DNA of 64,000 bases from Myxococcales bacterium (lineage in GTDB: Bacteria > Myxococcota_A > Polyangia > Fen-1088), in contig JANXXE010000006.1 of assembly GCA_025350815.1 (NCBI GenBank), forward strand, positions 31,909-95,908. Direction: 5' to 3'. Position numbers and translations under genes: made by a program. A model generated the notes under the pieces. It searched no databases. It was given only the letters and a program-made list of their open reading frames with translations, and had not been told where the DNA came from. This document shows, piece after piece, positions 9,649 through 18,642 of this stretch; position 1 is the first letter of the stretch, and every line of letters begins with the position of its first letter.

Positions 9649-10581
9649 CTAAAAGACGTAGCCGATGCCGAGACCGGCGAAGAAGGCGTTGTAAAAACCG
9701 CCCTCGATGCGCGCTTCGAAGCCCTTGATCTCGGGGAATCGCAGGTTCAAGCCGAAGACCATGTTGAGGATGGGGATGGCGCCCGGAACGTCGGAGTCCT
9801 TGAAGCGGTGCGGGGAGCTGGGACCGTTGTCGACCTCGCCGCTGCTTTTGGCCAAGGCGTCTTCCGTGCAACTGCTACCTGTGCAGATGTGCGCGGGTCC
9901 GTCCGGGAAGCACTGGCTGCGATCACCCGCGTTCGCCTCGGTGCAATGGTCGGCGGACGTGCGCAGGATCTCGCCCGTGATGAACGCAAGACCGAGGCCT
10001 GCGCCGTAATGCATGCCGAAGTAGTCGTTGAACCGCTGGTGCCACAGGAAGGCGATGTCGGTGCCAACGAAGCCGAAGTTACGGAACTGCACGAGATCCG
10101 TGTCGATGTTGGCGTCGTGCCCCTTACCCAGCCAGTTGCCGTCGGGCGGCCCCATCTTCTGGTAGGAAAAGCCGAGCACGATGTCCATCTCGCCCTTGCG
10201 CCGGAAAAACTCGGCGCCGGCGCCCCACGACGACAGGGGGACGTTCTTCTTGGTGAACAGACCCAGAAACCAGCCGGGCGCTGACACCCAGCGCGTTCGC
10301 AGGGCGGCGCCAAACTGGGTCAGCTCGGCAGGGGCGGCGCCGGAAGCCTCGACCGCCATGGGCGCGGGCGGCTCCTGCGCCGTGGTGGTCAACGGGGCCA
10401 TCGGCAACGCGGGCGGTGTGTCAGCCGCGGACGGCACCGAAGGGGGCGGGGGGGGCACTTCGGCGGCCGGCGGAACGGGAGGAGGAGGAGGAGGCGGCGG
10501 GGCTCCCTGGGCACGCACGTACCCACCCTGCATCCACACAAAAGCCGCCAACAGGGACACCACGGAAAGTCGTTTCGCCAT
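9649..10581 (-). CDS. Secreted protein, probable outer-membrane beta-barrel with Pro-rich N-terminus
   Basis: Signal peptide MAKRLSVVSLLAAFVW..VRA; alternating beta pattern; C-terminal GLGIGYVF (terminal Phe); 4-Cys loop. Confidence 0.6.
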   Translation of the reverse strand: MAKRLSVVSLLAAFVWMQGGYVRAQGAPPPPPPPPVPPAAEVPPPPPSVPSAADTPPALPMAPLTTTAQEPPAPMAVEASGAAPAELTQFGAALRTRWVSAPGWFLGLFTKKNVPLSSWGAGAEFFRRKGEMDIVLGFSYQKMGPPDGNWLGKGHDANIDTDLVQFRNFGFVGTDIAFLWHQRFNDYFGMHYGAGLGLAFITGEILRTSADHCTEANAGDRSQCFPDGPAHICTGSSCTEDALAKSSGEVDNGPSSPHRFKDSDVPGAIPILNMVFGLNLRFPEIKGFEARIEGGFYNAFFAGLGIGYVF

Positions 10582-10665
10582 CACGTATTGGTCCTTTGCC
10601 AGAGTGAAAAGCCCGCCAGGCGGGCGCAATATAACCCAGAACGCGTGATATCGTGTACGACCATC

Positions 10666-11262
10666 GTGTTCGCCCTCACGCGCGTTGCCCTGCTGATTTT
10701 CGCGGCCAGCGCGACGGTCACATCAGCGGCAACGCCGGCCACGCGGGCCAGTGTCGAAGCCCGGCTGCGCGCCTACGACCTGCCGCCGTCCGAAAAGGAT
10801 CTGCAGAAGCTGGGCAGGGATGTGGATCTGGTGCTGGTCGAGATCGCGGGCAACGCCAAGGTTGAAATTCTGATTCGCGTCCGGGCGGTCAGCGCCCTGG
10901 CGAATTGCGGTACGGTCGCGGCGAGACGTTTCTTCGACCAGACCATCGACAAATACGCGACTTCGACTGTGCCGGCGGATCGGCTGCTGTTGCGCAAGGC
11001 GGCCGTGGGCCTGGGCTGGATGGGCGGGCTGACGACGCCTGATCGCCTGGGGCCGCTGCTGGAGAATCCCGACCCCGACGTGCGGCTGGACGCGGCCATT
11101 GGTCTTGGGCTGACGCGCCTGCCGGGCGCCGCCGCCCTTTTGCGCAAGCGCCTGCCGGTTGAACCCGACGCGCGGGTCCGCGTGCACATCGGGCGGCAGC
11201 TGGCGACCATCGACAGGGCCCTCGGTGCGACGTCGCCCGGCCCGACCCCGGCCCCGCGCTGA
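10666..11262 (+). CDS. Exported HEAT-repeat protein
   Basis: Signal-like N-terminus; LLENPDPDVRLDAAIGLG and EPDARVR HEAT motifs; start uncertain. Confidence 0.65.
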   Translation: MFALTRVALLIFAASATVTSAATPATRASVEARLRAYDLPPSEKDLQKLGRDVDLVLVEIAGNAKVEILIRVRAVSALANCGTVAARRFFDQTIDKYATSTVPADRLLLRKAAVGLGWMGGLTTPDRLGPLLENPDPDVRLDAAIGLGLTRLPGAAALLRKRLPVEPDARVRVHIGRQLATIDRALGATSPGPTPAPR

Positions 11263-11328
11263 CGGCCCGCGACTGTGTTAGTGTCCGCGGCCTAACAGGC
11301 CGCCACTGGCGCCAAGGAGAACGCATTC

Positions 11329-12624
11329 GTGTCAAAGGAGAAGTTGGCCATATTGGTCGGTGGCGGTCCCGCCCCGGGCATCAACAGCGTGATCAGCGCA
11401 GCCACCATCCGCGCGCTGCTGCAGGGGATGGAAGTGCTGGGCATCCGCGACGGTTTCGACAAGATCATGCACGGGCGAACCGAGGACGTTCGGCCGCTGA
11501 AGCTTGAAGACGTCAGCCGCATCCATTTCAGCGGCGGATCGATCCTGGGCACGGCGCGCGCCAACCCCACCAAGAAGGAAGAGTACCTGGAGAACATCGT
11601 CCAGACGTTGACCAAGCTGGGGGCCACGCAGCTCATCACCATCGGCGGCGACGACACGGCATTTTCGGCCATGAAAGTGGCCGAGCGCGCGGCCGACCGG
11701 ATCCGGGTGGCCCACGTGCCCAAGACGATCGACAACGATCTGGATCTGGATCCCAACGTGGACACCTTCGGTTATCAGACGGCGAGGCACCTGGGCGTCG
11801 AGTTGGTGAAGAACCTGATGGTGGATGCCAAAACCACCTCGCGCTGGTACTTCGTCGTCGCCATGGGGCGCAAGGCCGGGCACCTGGCGATGGGCATCGG
11901 CAAGGCGGCCGGCGCCACGTTGACCCTGATCCCCGAGGAATTCCCGCGCCACAAGGCGACGTTGAGCATGCTGGTGGACACCCTGACGGGCGCCATCATC
12001 AAGCGCATGGCCGAGGGCCGGCGCAACGGTGTCGCGATCCTGGCCGAGGGCCTGGTGGAAAGCCTACCGAAAGAGGATTTGGCGACGCTGGGCGACGCCG
12101 AATACGACGAGCACGGCCACCTGCGCTTCGCCGAGATCGACATCGGCGATGCGCTGAAGACGGCGACCAACCAGCGGCTCAAGGCGCTGGGGATCAAAAC
12201 CACCATCGTGTCGAAGAACATCGGCTACGAACTGCGTTGCGCCGATCCCATTCCCTTCGACATCGAGTACACGCGCGATCTGGGGTACTGCGCGGCGAAG
12301 TACTTGTTCTCGGGCGGCAACGCCGCGATGGTGTCGCTGCAGGGCGGGAACTTCGTGCCCATCCCGTTCTCGCAGATGTTGGATCCGCAGACCGGGCGCA
12401 CGAAGGTGCGCATGGTGGACATTTCATCCACGCGATACGCAATCGCGCGGCGGTACATGATTCGACTGCGCCGAGACGATTTCGAGGACCCTGCAACGAT
12501 GGCGCGTTTCGCCGCGGTCGCGAACCTTTCGGTGGACGAATTCAAGCGGCAGTTCCAGTTCCTGGTGGAGCACGAAGCCCCGCCGCTGGACCTGCTGCAC
12601 CGGCACGGCCTGACACACAACTGA
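11329..12624 (+). CDS. pfp: Pyrophosphate-dependent phosphofructokinase
   Basis: GGGPAPGIN; IGGDDT and PKTIDND (PPi-type Asp/Lys signature); MGRKAG; GYELRC; RBS AAGGAG. Confidence 0.9.
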   Translation: MSKEKLAILVGGGPAPGINSVISAATIRALLQGMEVLGIRDGFDKIMHGRTEDVRPLKLEDVSRIHFSGGSILGTARANPTKKEEYLENIVQTLTKLGATQLITIGGDDTAFSAMKVAERAADRIRVAHVPKTIDNDLDLDPNVDTFGYQTARHLGVELVKNLMVDAKTTSRWYFVVAMGRKAGHLAMGIGKAAGATLTLIPEEFPRHKATLSMLVDTLTGAIIKRMAEGRRNGVAILAEGLVESLPKEDLATLGDAEYDEHGHLRFAEIDIGDALKTATNQRLKALGIKTTIVSKNIGYELRCADPIPFDIEYTRDLGYCAAKYLFSGGNAAMVSLQGGNFVPIPFSQMLDPQTGRTKVRMVDISSTRYAIARRYMIRLRRDDFEDPATMARFAAVANLSVDEFKRQFQFLVEHEAPPLDLLHRHGLTHN

Positions 12625-12652
12625 CGGTGGGACGATAGGGGACGACGGATCG

Positions 12653-13981
12653 ATGGCGAGGGGAGATACCTTGCAGGCAAAAAATCCGTGGCAGGAAGTG
12701 GTCGCCTTGCTGGGCGGGGCAGCGACGCAGGGTGAGGCGCGCGCGCCGCTCGATGCCGTGGCCCTGCAAAAGCATGGCGTGCGCGACCTGCAGTCGGCGG
12801 CGGCGAAGCTGGGCATCAAGGGGGCATCGCGGCTGGGCAAGAACAAGCTTGTCGAACGTGTGCTGGCCGCGCTGGCGGAGTGCGCGACAACCGGCACCGT
12901 CGCGCCCGCGGCCGCCGAGCCGGAATCACCCGATCAGGTTTTGCCGGGAAAGTTCAGCCTGGGCCGTGCCGCCGACGCGCGATCGACTGTGGTCGAACAC
13001 GTGCCGTGGGGCTATGGACAGGATCGGGTCACCGCCATGGCGGTCGATCCGGAAAATATCTTCGTATACTGGGAGCTGACTGACCGGGCCATCGAGCAAG
13101 CGCGCGCCGCCCTGGGCAAAGGCGGCCGTGATGCCTGGATCGACCTGCGGGTCTACGACAGCTCGGGGCGCATTTTCGATGGCACCAATGCGCACTCGTA
13201 TTTCGACCACAAGGTCGAACGCACGGATCGCCAGTGGTTCTTTCATGTCGGCAAGCCTGCCTCGACGGCAGTGGTCGATGTGGGCCTGCGGTCCACCGAA
13301 GGTTTCTTCGTGCGGATTGCGCGCTCGGGCCGCGTGGACTTTCCGCCCCGACAGCCCCAGCCCGCGACGCCGCCACAGTGGTTGACGGTGCGCCCGGCAT
13401 CCGAACCCGTCGCCCACGTGGGTCCGTCGCCGGGTGGCGGATCGACCCCGATGGGGCCCGGCGCGGTGGCACTGGCGGCCGAGATGGGCTTTTCACCCGC
13501 AGACAGGCACGCTGCTGCCGTCGACGCGGGCCCCGAACTTGCGCAACCCATCGCCTGGGACGGACCCCAGACGATCACCACGTGGCAGGAAGGCCCCTTC
13601 ACCCACCCGGTCGAGATCGAGCCGCCCGGCAATCAGGCGTGGCAGAACGCAGCGACGACGTACGATTTCGACGGCGTGACCCGCGTCCTTTACGGTCCGT
13701 GGCAGGTGGTGGTTCGCACCGTCAGCACCTTGCCTGATCGCCAGGTGCTGTCGCGCTGGGAAGTCTGGCGATCGTGGGTCGCGCGCAGCGAGATCTTCGA
13801 CATGGGCGTGCGGGACTTCAGTTTCGCCGGCGCAAGCGAAGTGCTGTTCCGGGGCGGCAGCCAGCGCATCATGCTGGGCGCCAGCGAACGTCTGGGCGGC
13901 GCCAGCGAACGTCTGGGTGGCGCCAGCGAGGGATTGTTCCCTGCCGCGCCGCAGGCCACTGACCGGACGCCGGGGGGCTGA
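12653..13981 (+). CDS. DUF4912 domain protein with Rho-N-like N-terminal domain and C-terminal GASE repeats
   Basis: LQ.AA.KLGI.G.SRL.K..L; PWGYGQDRVTAMAVDP..IFVYWE; adjacent to GH57 gene. Confidence 0.75.
   Translation: MARGDTLQAKNPWQEVVALLGGAATQGEARAPLDAVALQKHGVRDLQSAAAKLGIKGASRLGKNKLVERVLAALAECATTGTVAPAAAEPESPDQVLPGKFSLGRAADARSTVVEHVPWGYGQDRVTAMAVDPENIFVYWELTDRAIEQARAALGKGGRDAWIDLRVYDSSGRIFDGTNAHSYFDHKVERTDRQWFFHVGKPASTAVVDVGLRSTEGFFVRIARSGRVDFPPRQPQPATPPQWLTVRPASEPVAHVGPSPGGGSTPMGPGAVALAAEMGFSPADRHAAAVDAGPELAQPIAWDGPQTITTWQEGPFTHPVEIEPPGNQAWQNAATTYDFDGVTRVLYGPWQVVVRTVSTLPDRQVLSRWEVWRSWVARSEIFDMGVRDFSFAGASEVLFRGGSQRIMLGASERLGGASERLGGASEGLFPAAPQATDRTPGG
13877..13930 (+). repeat. 21-bp in-frame tandem repeat (GASERLG x2.5)
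   Basis: GGCGCCAGCGAACGTCTGGGY at 13877 and 13898, partial copy at 13919. Confidence 0.85.
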
Positions 13982-13985
13982 TCGA

Positions 13986-15569
13986 ATGCCCACGGGTTAT
14001 TTGGCCGTCGTCCTGCACGCGCATTTGCCGTTCGTACGCCACCCCGAAGATCCGACGGTGATGGAAGAACGCTGGCTGTACGAGGCCATCACCGGCACGT
14101 ATCTGCCACTGTTGGAAGTCTTCGAGGGGATGTTGGCCGACGGCGTTCCTTTTCGCTGCACCGTTTCGTTGTCGGCGCCGCTTATCACGATGCTGACGGA
14201 TGATCTGCTGAAGCAACGCTACGCCGACCATCTGGACGATCTGATCCGACTTGGCGACAAGGAGCTTGAACGCACGAAATCCGAGCCGCACTACCACCGG
14301 TTGGCGAAAATGTATTCCGACCGCTTTCAGCGGCTGCGGCATACCTGGCGCTGCCACGACGGGAATCTGGTCCGCGCCTTCCGCAAGCTGCAGGACGCCG
14401 GGCGGCTGGAGGTCATCACGTCGACCGCCACGCATGCCTTCTTTCCGCTGTTGGACCGCAACTGGGCGGCGCTGCGCGCGCAGGTTCACACGGCGGCGGA
14501 TCTGTACCAAAAGCATTTTGACCAGCGGCCGCGCGGCATGTGGCTGGGCGAGTGCGGTTACGTCCCTGGCTGCGACGAATTGCTGCGCGAGGCGGGCATT
14601 CGTTACTTCTTCGTCGACACGCACGCCATCCTGTTCGCCGACAGCCGCCCCGTCTACGGCGTCAACGCCCCGCTTTATTGCCCGACCGGCGTGGCGGCCT
14701 TCGGACGCGACACGGAATCGTCCGAGCAAGTGTGGAGCGCCAAGCAGGGCTACCCGGGCGATCCGCACTACCGGGATTTCTACCGCGACATCGGATTCGA
14801 TTTGCCCATGGATTACATCGGTCCGCACGTGCACCCCGAAGGCCACCGCATGTACACCGGGTTCAAGTACCAGGCCATCACGCACGCACAGTTGCATGAC
14901 AAATGGGTCTACGACCCTGAAGTGGCGCGCGGCAAGGCGGGCCTGCACGCGTCGCACTTTCGCGGCAACCGCGAACAGCAGGCGCAGCGACTGGCCGCAC
15001 ACATGGATCGCCCGCCCCTGATAGTCAGCCCCTACGACGCCGAGCTCTACGGCCACTGGTGGTACGAGGGTCCGATTTTTCTCAACGACCTGTTCCGGCA
15101 GATTCACTTTGACCAGAACGTGATTGAGACGATCACGCCGGGCGATTATCTGGAACGACACCCGACGAATCAGGTGGCGACGCCGTGTCAGTCGTCCTGG
15201 GGCGCCAAGGGCTACAGCGAGCACTGGTGCAATGAAACCAACGCCTGGACGTACCAGCACATCCACGTTGCGGCTGAACGAATGGCGGCGCTGGCACGTG
15301 GCAACCCGACTCCCGCGGCACTGACGCGTCGGGCGCTGAACCAGGCCGCACGCGAGCTGATGCTGGCCCAGAGCAGCGACTGGCCCTTTATCATGACCAC
15401 CGGGACCACGGTGCCGTACGCCACGCGCCGGTTCAACGAGCACATCGTGCGCTTCACGCGGCTGCACGACGAAATTCGCGACGGCCATATCAGCGAGCCA
15501 TGGCTTGCGACGGTGGAAGGCCAGGACAACATTTTCCCGGACGTCGACTACCGGTTGTACGCATCCTGA
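13986..15569 (+). CDS. GH57 1,4-alpha-glucan branching enzyme (DUF1957-containing)
   Basis: HAHLPFVRHP; WLYEAI..TYLPL; WLGECGY (nucleophile Glu); PYDAELYGHWWYEG (acid/base Asp); RELMLAQSSDWPF. Confidence 0.9.
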   Translation: MPTGYLAVVLHAHLPFVRHPEDPTVMEERWLYEAITGTYLPLLEVFEGMLADGVPFRCTVSLSAPLITMLTDDLLKQRYADHLDDLIRLGDKELERTKSEPHYHRLAKMYSDRFQRLRHTWRCHDGNLVRAFRKLQDAGRLEVITSTATHAFFPLLDRNWAALRAQVHTAADLYQKHFDQRPRGMWLGECGYVPGCDELLREAGIRYFFVDTHAILFADSRPVYGVNAPLYCPTGVAAFGRDTESSEQVWSAKQGYPGDPHYRDFYRDIGFDLPMDYIGPHVHPEGHRMYTGFKYQAITHAQLHDKWVYDPEVARGKAGLHASHFRGNREQQAQRLAAHMDRPPLIVSPYDAELYGHWWYEGPIFLNDLFRQIHFDQNVIETITPGDYLERHPTNQVATPCQSSWGAKGYSEHWCNETNAWTYQHIHVAAERMAALARGNPTPAALTRRALNQAARELMLAQSSDWPFIMTTGTTVPYATRRFNEHIVRFTRLHDEIRDGHISEPWLATVEGQDNIFPDVDYRLYAS

Positions 15570-15574
15570 TCGCA

Positions 15575-17065
15575 ATGCCCGCATCCCGTCCTCTGCGCGT
15601 CCTTTTTCTTAGCTCCGAGGTCGTCCCGTTCGCAAAAACCGGGGGCCTCGCCGATGTGTCGGGTGCGCTGCCGAAGGCACTGGCTGCGCGCAACATCGAC
15701 GTGCGCGTTGTCATGCCTCTTTACGCGGGCATGCAGTGGAACTTGCTGGCGCCCCTGGACGGCATCGTCAACGTGCCGATGTGGTGGGGCAACGCCCGAA
15801 CCGCCATCCGCCTGGGGACGCTGCCCGGCAGCGCGGTCCCGATCTATTTTCTCGAATTCAACCGCTACTTCGATCGTCCCTACTTGTACGGGCCGCCCGG
15901 GCAGGGCTATCCGGACAATTTCGAGCGCTTCAGCTTTTTGTCGCGCGCGGCGCTGGAGCTGGTGAAGGCGGTGGATTTCCTTCCGGACGTCATCCACTGC
16001 AACGACTGGCAGACGGCGCTTGCGCCCGTTTACGTCAACACCGTCGAATGGGGTAAACCCCTGCACGCTTGCGCCAGCGTCTACACGATTCACAATCTGG
16101 CGTATCAGGGCGTCGGCGATCCGGGCGCGTTGTTCATCACGGGCCTGGGCCGCGAGCACATGAATTCGGGCGAGTTCGAGCACTTCGGCGCGATGAATCT
16201 GACCAAGGCGGCGCTGCGCCACAGCACCATGCTGTCGACGGTCAGTCCCACGTACGCGAACGAGATCCAGACGGGCGCCTACGGCTTTGGCCTGGATGGC
16301 GTGCTGGCCGCTCGCAAGGCCGATTTGCAGGGGATTTTGAACGGCATCGACACCGACGAATGGAGCCCCGAGACTGATCCGATGATACCCGCGCATTTTT
16401 CCGTCGCGCGACCGGCGGGCAAGGCCGCGTGCAAGGCGGCGCTGCAGAAGGAAGCCGGCCTGCCCGTCGACCCGAAGATCCCACTGTTCGCGGTCGTCGG
16501 GCGGCTGACCGAGCAAAAGGGTTTCGACGTGCTGGCGCATGCGCTGGACCGTGTGCTGGGCTGGAACGTGCAGTTGGTGTTGCTGGGCAGCGGCGATCCC
16601 GAGGCTGAACAGTTCTTCACGGCCCTTGGCGCACAACGGGGCGACAAGATCAGGGCGTGGATCGGCTTCGACAACGCGCGCGCGCACCGGATCGAGGCCG
16701 GCGCGGATTTCTTTGTGATGCCCTCGCGCTTCGAGCCCTGCGGACTGAACCAGATGTACAGCCTGCGTTACGGCACGCTGCCAATTGTGCGGGCAACGGG
16801 TGGTCTGGTGGATACCGTGGCCAATTACGACGAGGCGACGGGCGGCGGCACGGGCTTCGTATTTCAGGATCTGACGAAGGACGCACTGGCGAACACCATC
16901 GGCTGGGCGGTATCGACCTACTGCGATCGGCCGCAGCACATCGCGGCCATGCGCAAGCGGGCGATGCAGCAGGATTTTTCCTGGGGTCGCGCTGCGGCGG
17001 CGTACGAGGCCCTGTATCGCGAGGCCTACCAGCGACGGCGCGGGCACCCGTTCGCCAGCGCTTAG
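15575..17065 (+). CDS. glgA: Glycogen synthase
   Basis: KTGGLADV; HCNDWQT; TIHNLAYQG; MPSRFEPCGLNQ. Confidence 0.95.
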   Translation: MPASRPLRVLFLSSEVVPFAKTGGLADVSGALPKALAARNIDVRVVMPLYAGMQWNLLAPLDGIVNVPMWWGNARTAIRLGTLPGSAVPIYFLEFNRYFDRPYLYGPPGQGYPDNFERFSFLSRAALELVKAVDFLPDVIHCNDWQTALAPVYVNTVEWGKPLHACASVYTIHNLAYQGVGDPGALFITGLGREHMNSGEFEHFGAMNLTKAALRHSTMLSTVSPTYANEIQTGAYGFGLDGVLAARKADLQGILNGIDTDEWSPETDPMIPAHFSVARPAGKAACKAALQKEAGLPVDPKIPLFAVVGRLTEQKGFDVLAHALDRVLGWNVQLVLLGSGDPEAEQFFTALGAQRGDKIRAWIGFDNARAHRIEAGADFFVMPSRFEPCGLNQMYSLRYGTLPIVRATGGLVDTVANYDEATGGGTGFVFQDLTKDALANTIGWAVSTYCDRPQHIAAMRKRAMQQDFSWGRAAAAYEALYREAYQRRRGHPFASA

Positions 17066-17087
17066 ATGTTGGTGTTAGCGTTCCGTC

Positions 17088-17435
17088 GTGGGCGATCTTG
17101 ACGAACTGATGCGGCACCTGCGGGCGTTCGTGGCGGAACGCGATTGGGGACAATTTCACGATCCCAAGAACCTGGCGATGCTTCTGGCGTCCGAGACCGG
17201 TGAACTGGTCGCCGAATACCGCTGGATGCGCGGCGACGAATCCGACGCGCGATCACGGCAGCCAGACGTGCGGGCCCGCGTGGCGGCAGAGGTCGGCGAC
17301 GTGGGCTTGGCCTTGCTGATGCTGTGTGACCGCATTGGGCTGGACCCGATTGCGGCCATGCGGGAAAAGCTGCGGGCCAACGCGCAGAAGTACCCCGCGG
17401 ACGAGTTCAGGGGACGGGCCGACCGACTGCGCTGA
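17088..17435 (+). CDS. MazG-like nucleotide pyrophosphohydrolase (dCTP pyrophosphatase type)
   Basis: F..ERDW.QFH.PKNLAM.L..E.GEL; E..DV; K...N..KYP. Confidence 0.85.
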   Translation: MGDLDELMRHLRAFVAERDWGQFHDPKNLAMLLASETGELVAEYRWMRGDESDARSRQPDVRARVAAEVGDVGLALLMLCDRIGLDPIAAMREKLRANAQKYPADEFRGRADRLR

Positions 17436-17457
17436 ATCGGCCCATCCCTTGGACTTA

Positions 17458-17475
17458 CCGCCGGCCACCCGGCGG
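17458..17475. terminator. GC hairpin between convergent genes, possible terminator
   Basis: CCGCCGG-CCAC-CCGGCGG; no clear U-tract. Confidence 0.3.
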
Positions 17476-17487
17476 GAAATATGGTGT

Positions 17488-17931
17488 CTACTTGTCGGTC
17501 TTCTCGGGAACCACGTCCCACTTGCCGCGCACGTCCATCGACAAAACACATTCGGCACCCGTCTCACACTTGGTCATGTGCGGCTTCTTCCCGGAGAACG
17601 CAAAGAAGGACCCGGCCGGAAGTTTTTGGTCTTTCCCGTCGACGGTCAGGGTCATCGTTCCGGCCACCACGGTCCCAAAGTGATTGGCCGAATGGTGGTG
17701 GAGCGGCGCCGAGAAGCCGCTGGCGAACTTGAGCAAGAAGTGACTGGCGCCCTTGCCGGGATCTCCCTCGACCGGGGCTATCTGGATGCCAGCCATGCCC
17801 GGTACGTCGGCCCACTTTACGTCGCCCTTGGCAACAAAGACGGACCCGCCGCCCTTGTCGCCAGCAAGGGCCTGAGAACCAAACGACAGGACGCCCGTCA
17901 TCAGAAGCAGTGCAGTCAACGTGTCTCTCAT
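17488..17931 (-). CDS. Exported cupin-fold protein (DUF4437-like)
   Basis: Signal peptide; GDP..G; P.HHH.....G.VV.G; PH.TKC. Confidence 0.7.
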   Translation of the reverse strand: MRDTLTALLLMTGVLSFGSQALAGDKGGGSVFVAKGDVKWADVPGMAGIQIAPVEGDPGKGASHFLLKFASGFSAPLHHHSANHFGTVVAGTMTLTVDGKDQKLPAGSFFAFSGKKPHMTKCETGAECVLSMDVRGKWDVVPEKTDK

Positions 17932-17997
17932 AGTGATCTCCCCGTACTTGAAGTTGGAATTGCCACCCCGGACGTTCCGGGACGACGAGCGAAGGAT

Positions 17998-18011
17998 CTA
18001 CCATCTGGTAG
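17998..18011. promoter_or_regulatory. Candidate TetR operator CTACCA-TC-TGGTAG
   Basis: Perfect inverted repeat between divergent cupin and tetR genes. Confidence 0.55.
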
Positions 18012-18054
18012 GTAGGCAGGGCAAGTGTTCGGTCAAAATGGTACAAGTGGCGCC

Positions 18055-18636
18055 ATGGCATCAACGGACACTGCGGCCCGCATTCTGGACGTGGCCGAGC
18101 GTCTGGTTCAGGTTCACGGTTTCAATGGGTTCAGCTACGCGGACATCGCGGGCGAATTGAGTATCCGCAAGGCGAGCATCCATCATCACTTCCCCGCCAA
18201 GGCGGACCTCGGAGCGGCTTTGATCGCGCGCTACAAGAAGACGTTTTGCGGGGCGCTGGATGAAATCTATCAGAGCCGCGTCAGCGCCGACTTGAAGATC
18301 CAGGCGTATGCGAGGCTGTACACGAACGTCCTGCGAAAGCAGCGCATGTGTCTGTGTGGCATGCTGGCCGCCGACTTCCAGACCTTAGCGAAAGAGATGC
18401 GCGACGGCGTGACCGATTTCTTCAGCGTCAACGAAGCCTGGCTTACCAAGGTCCTGGAGGAAGGCCGCAAGGCCAAGGCCATTCACTTCGATGGCCGGGC
18501 ATCGACGCTGGCCGAGCTGCTGGTGAGCTCGCTTGAAGGGGCGATGCTGGTTGCGCGCTCCCATGGCAAGGTTTCGCGCTTTGAATCCGTGGTGAAGAAG
18601 TTGCTCAACAGCCTGCTGAACGCGGCTTCTGCCTGA
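18055..18636 (+). CDS. TetR/AcrR family regulator (NemR/LmrA-like)
   Basis: ILDVAE.L....GFNGFSYADIA.EL.IRKASIHHHFP.K; C-terminal CLCGML. Confidence 0.9.
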   Translation: MASTDTAARILDVAERLVQVHGFNGFSYADIAGELSIRKASIHHHFPAKADLGAALIARYKKTFCGALDEIYQSRVSADLKIQAYARLYTNVLRKQRMCLCGMLAADFQTLAKEMRDGVTDFFSVNEAWLTKVLEEGRKAKAIHFDGRASTLAELLVSSLEGAMLVARSHGKVSRFESVVKKLLNSLLNAASA

Positions 18637-18642
18637 GTCCAA

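Noticed and set aside
17060-17090. CTTAG...GTTAGCG just before the mazG-like gene resembles the right end of an integron attC; GCGGCCTAAC at 4442 and 11287 resembles attC left ends
   Set aside because: No matching complementary half-sites at a suitable distance, no integrase, and the flanking genes are core genes
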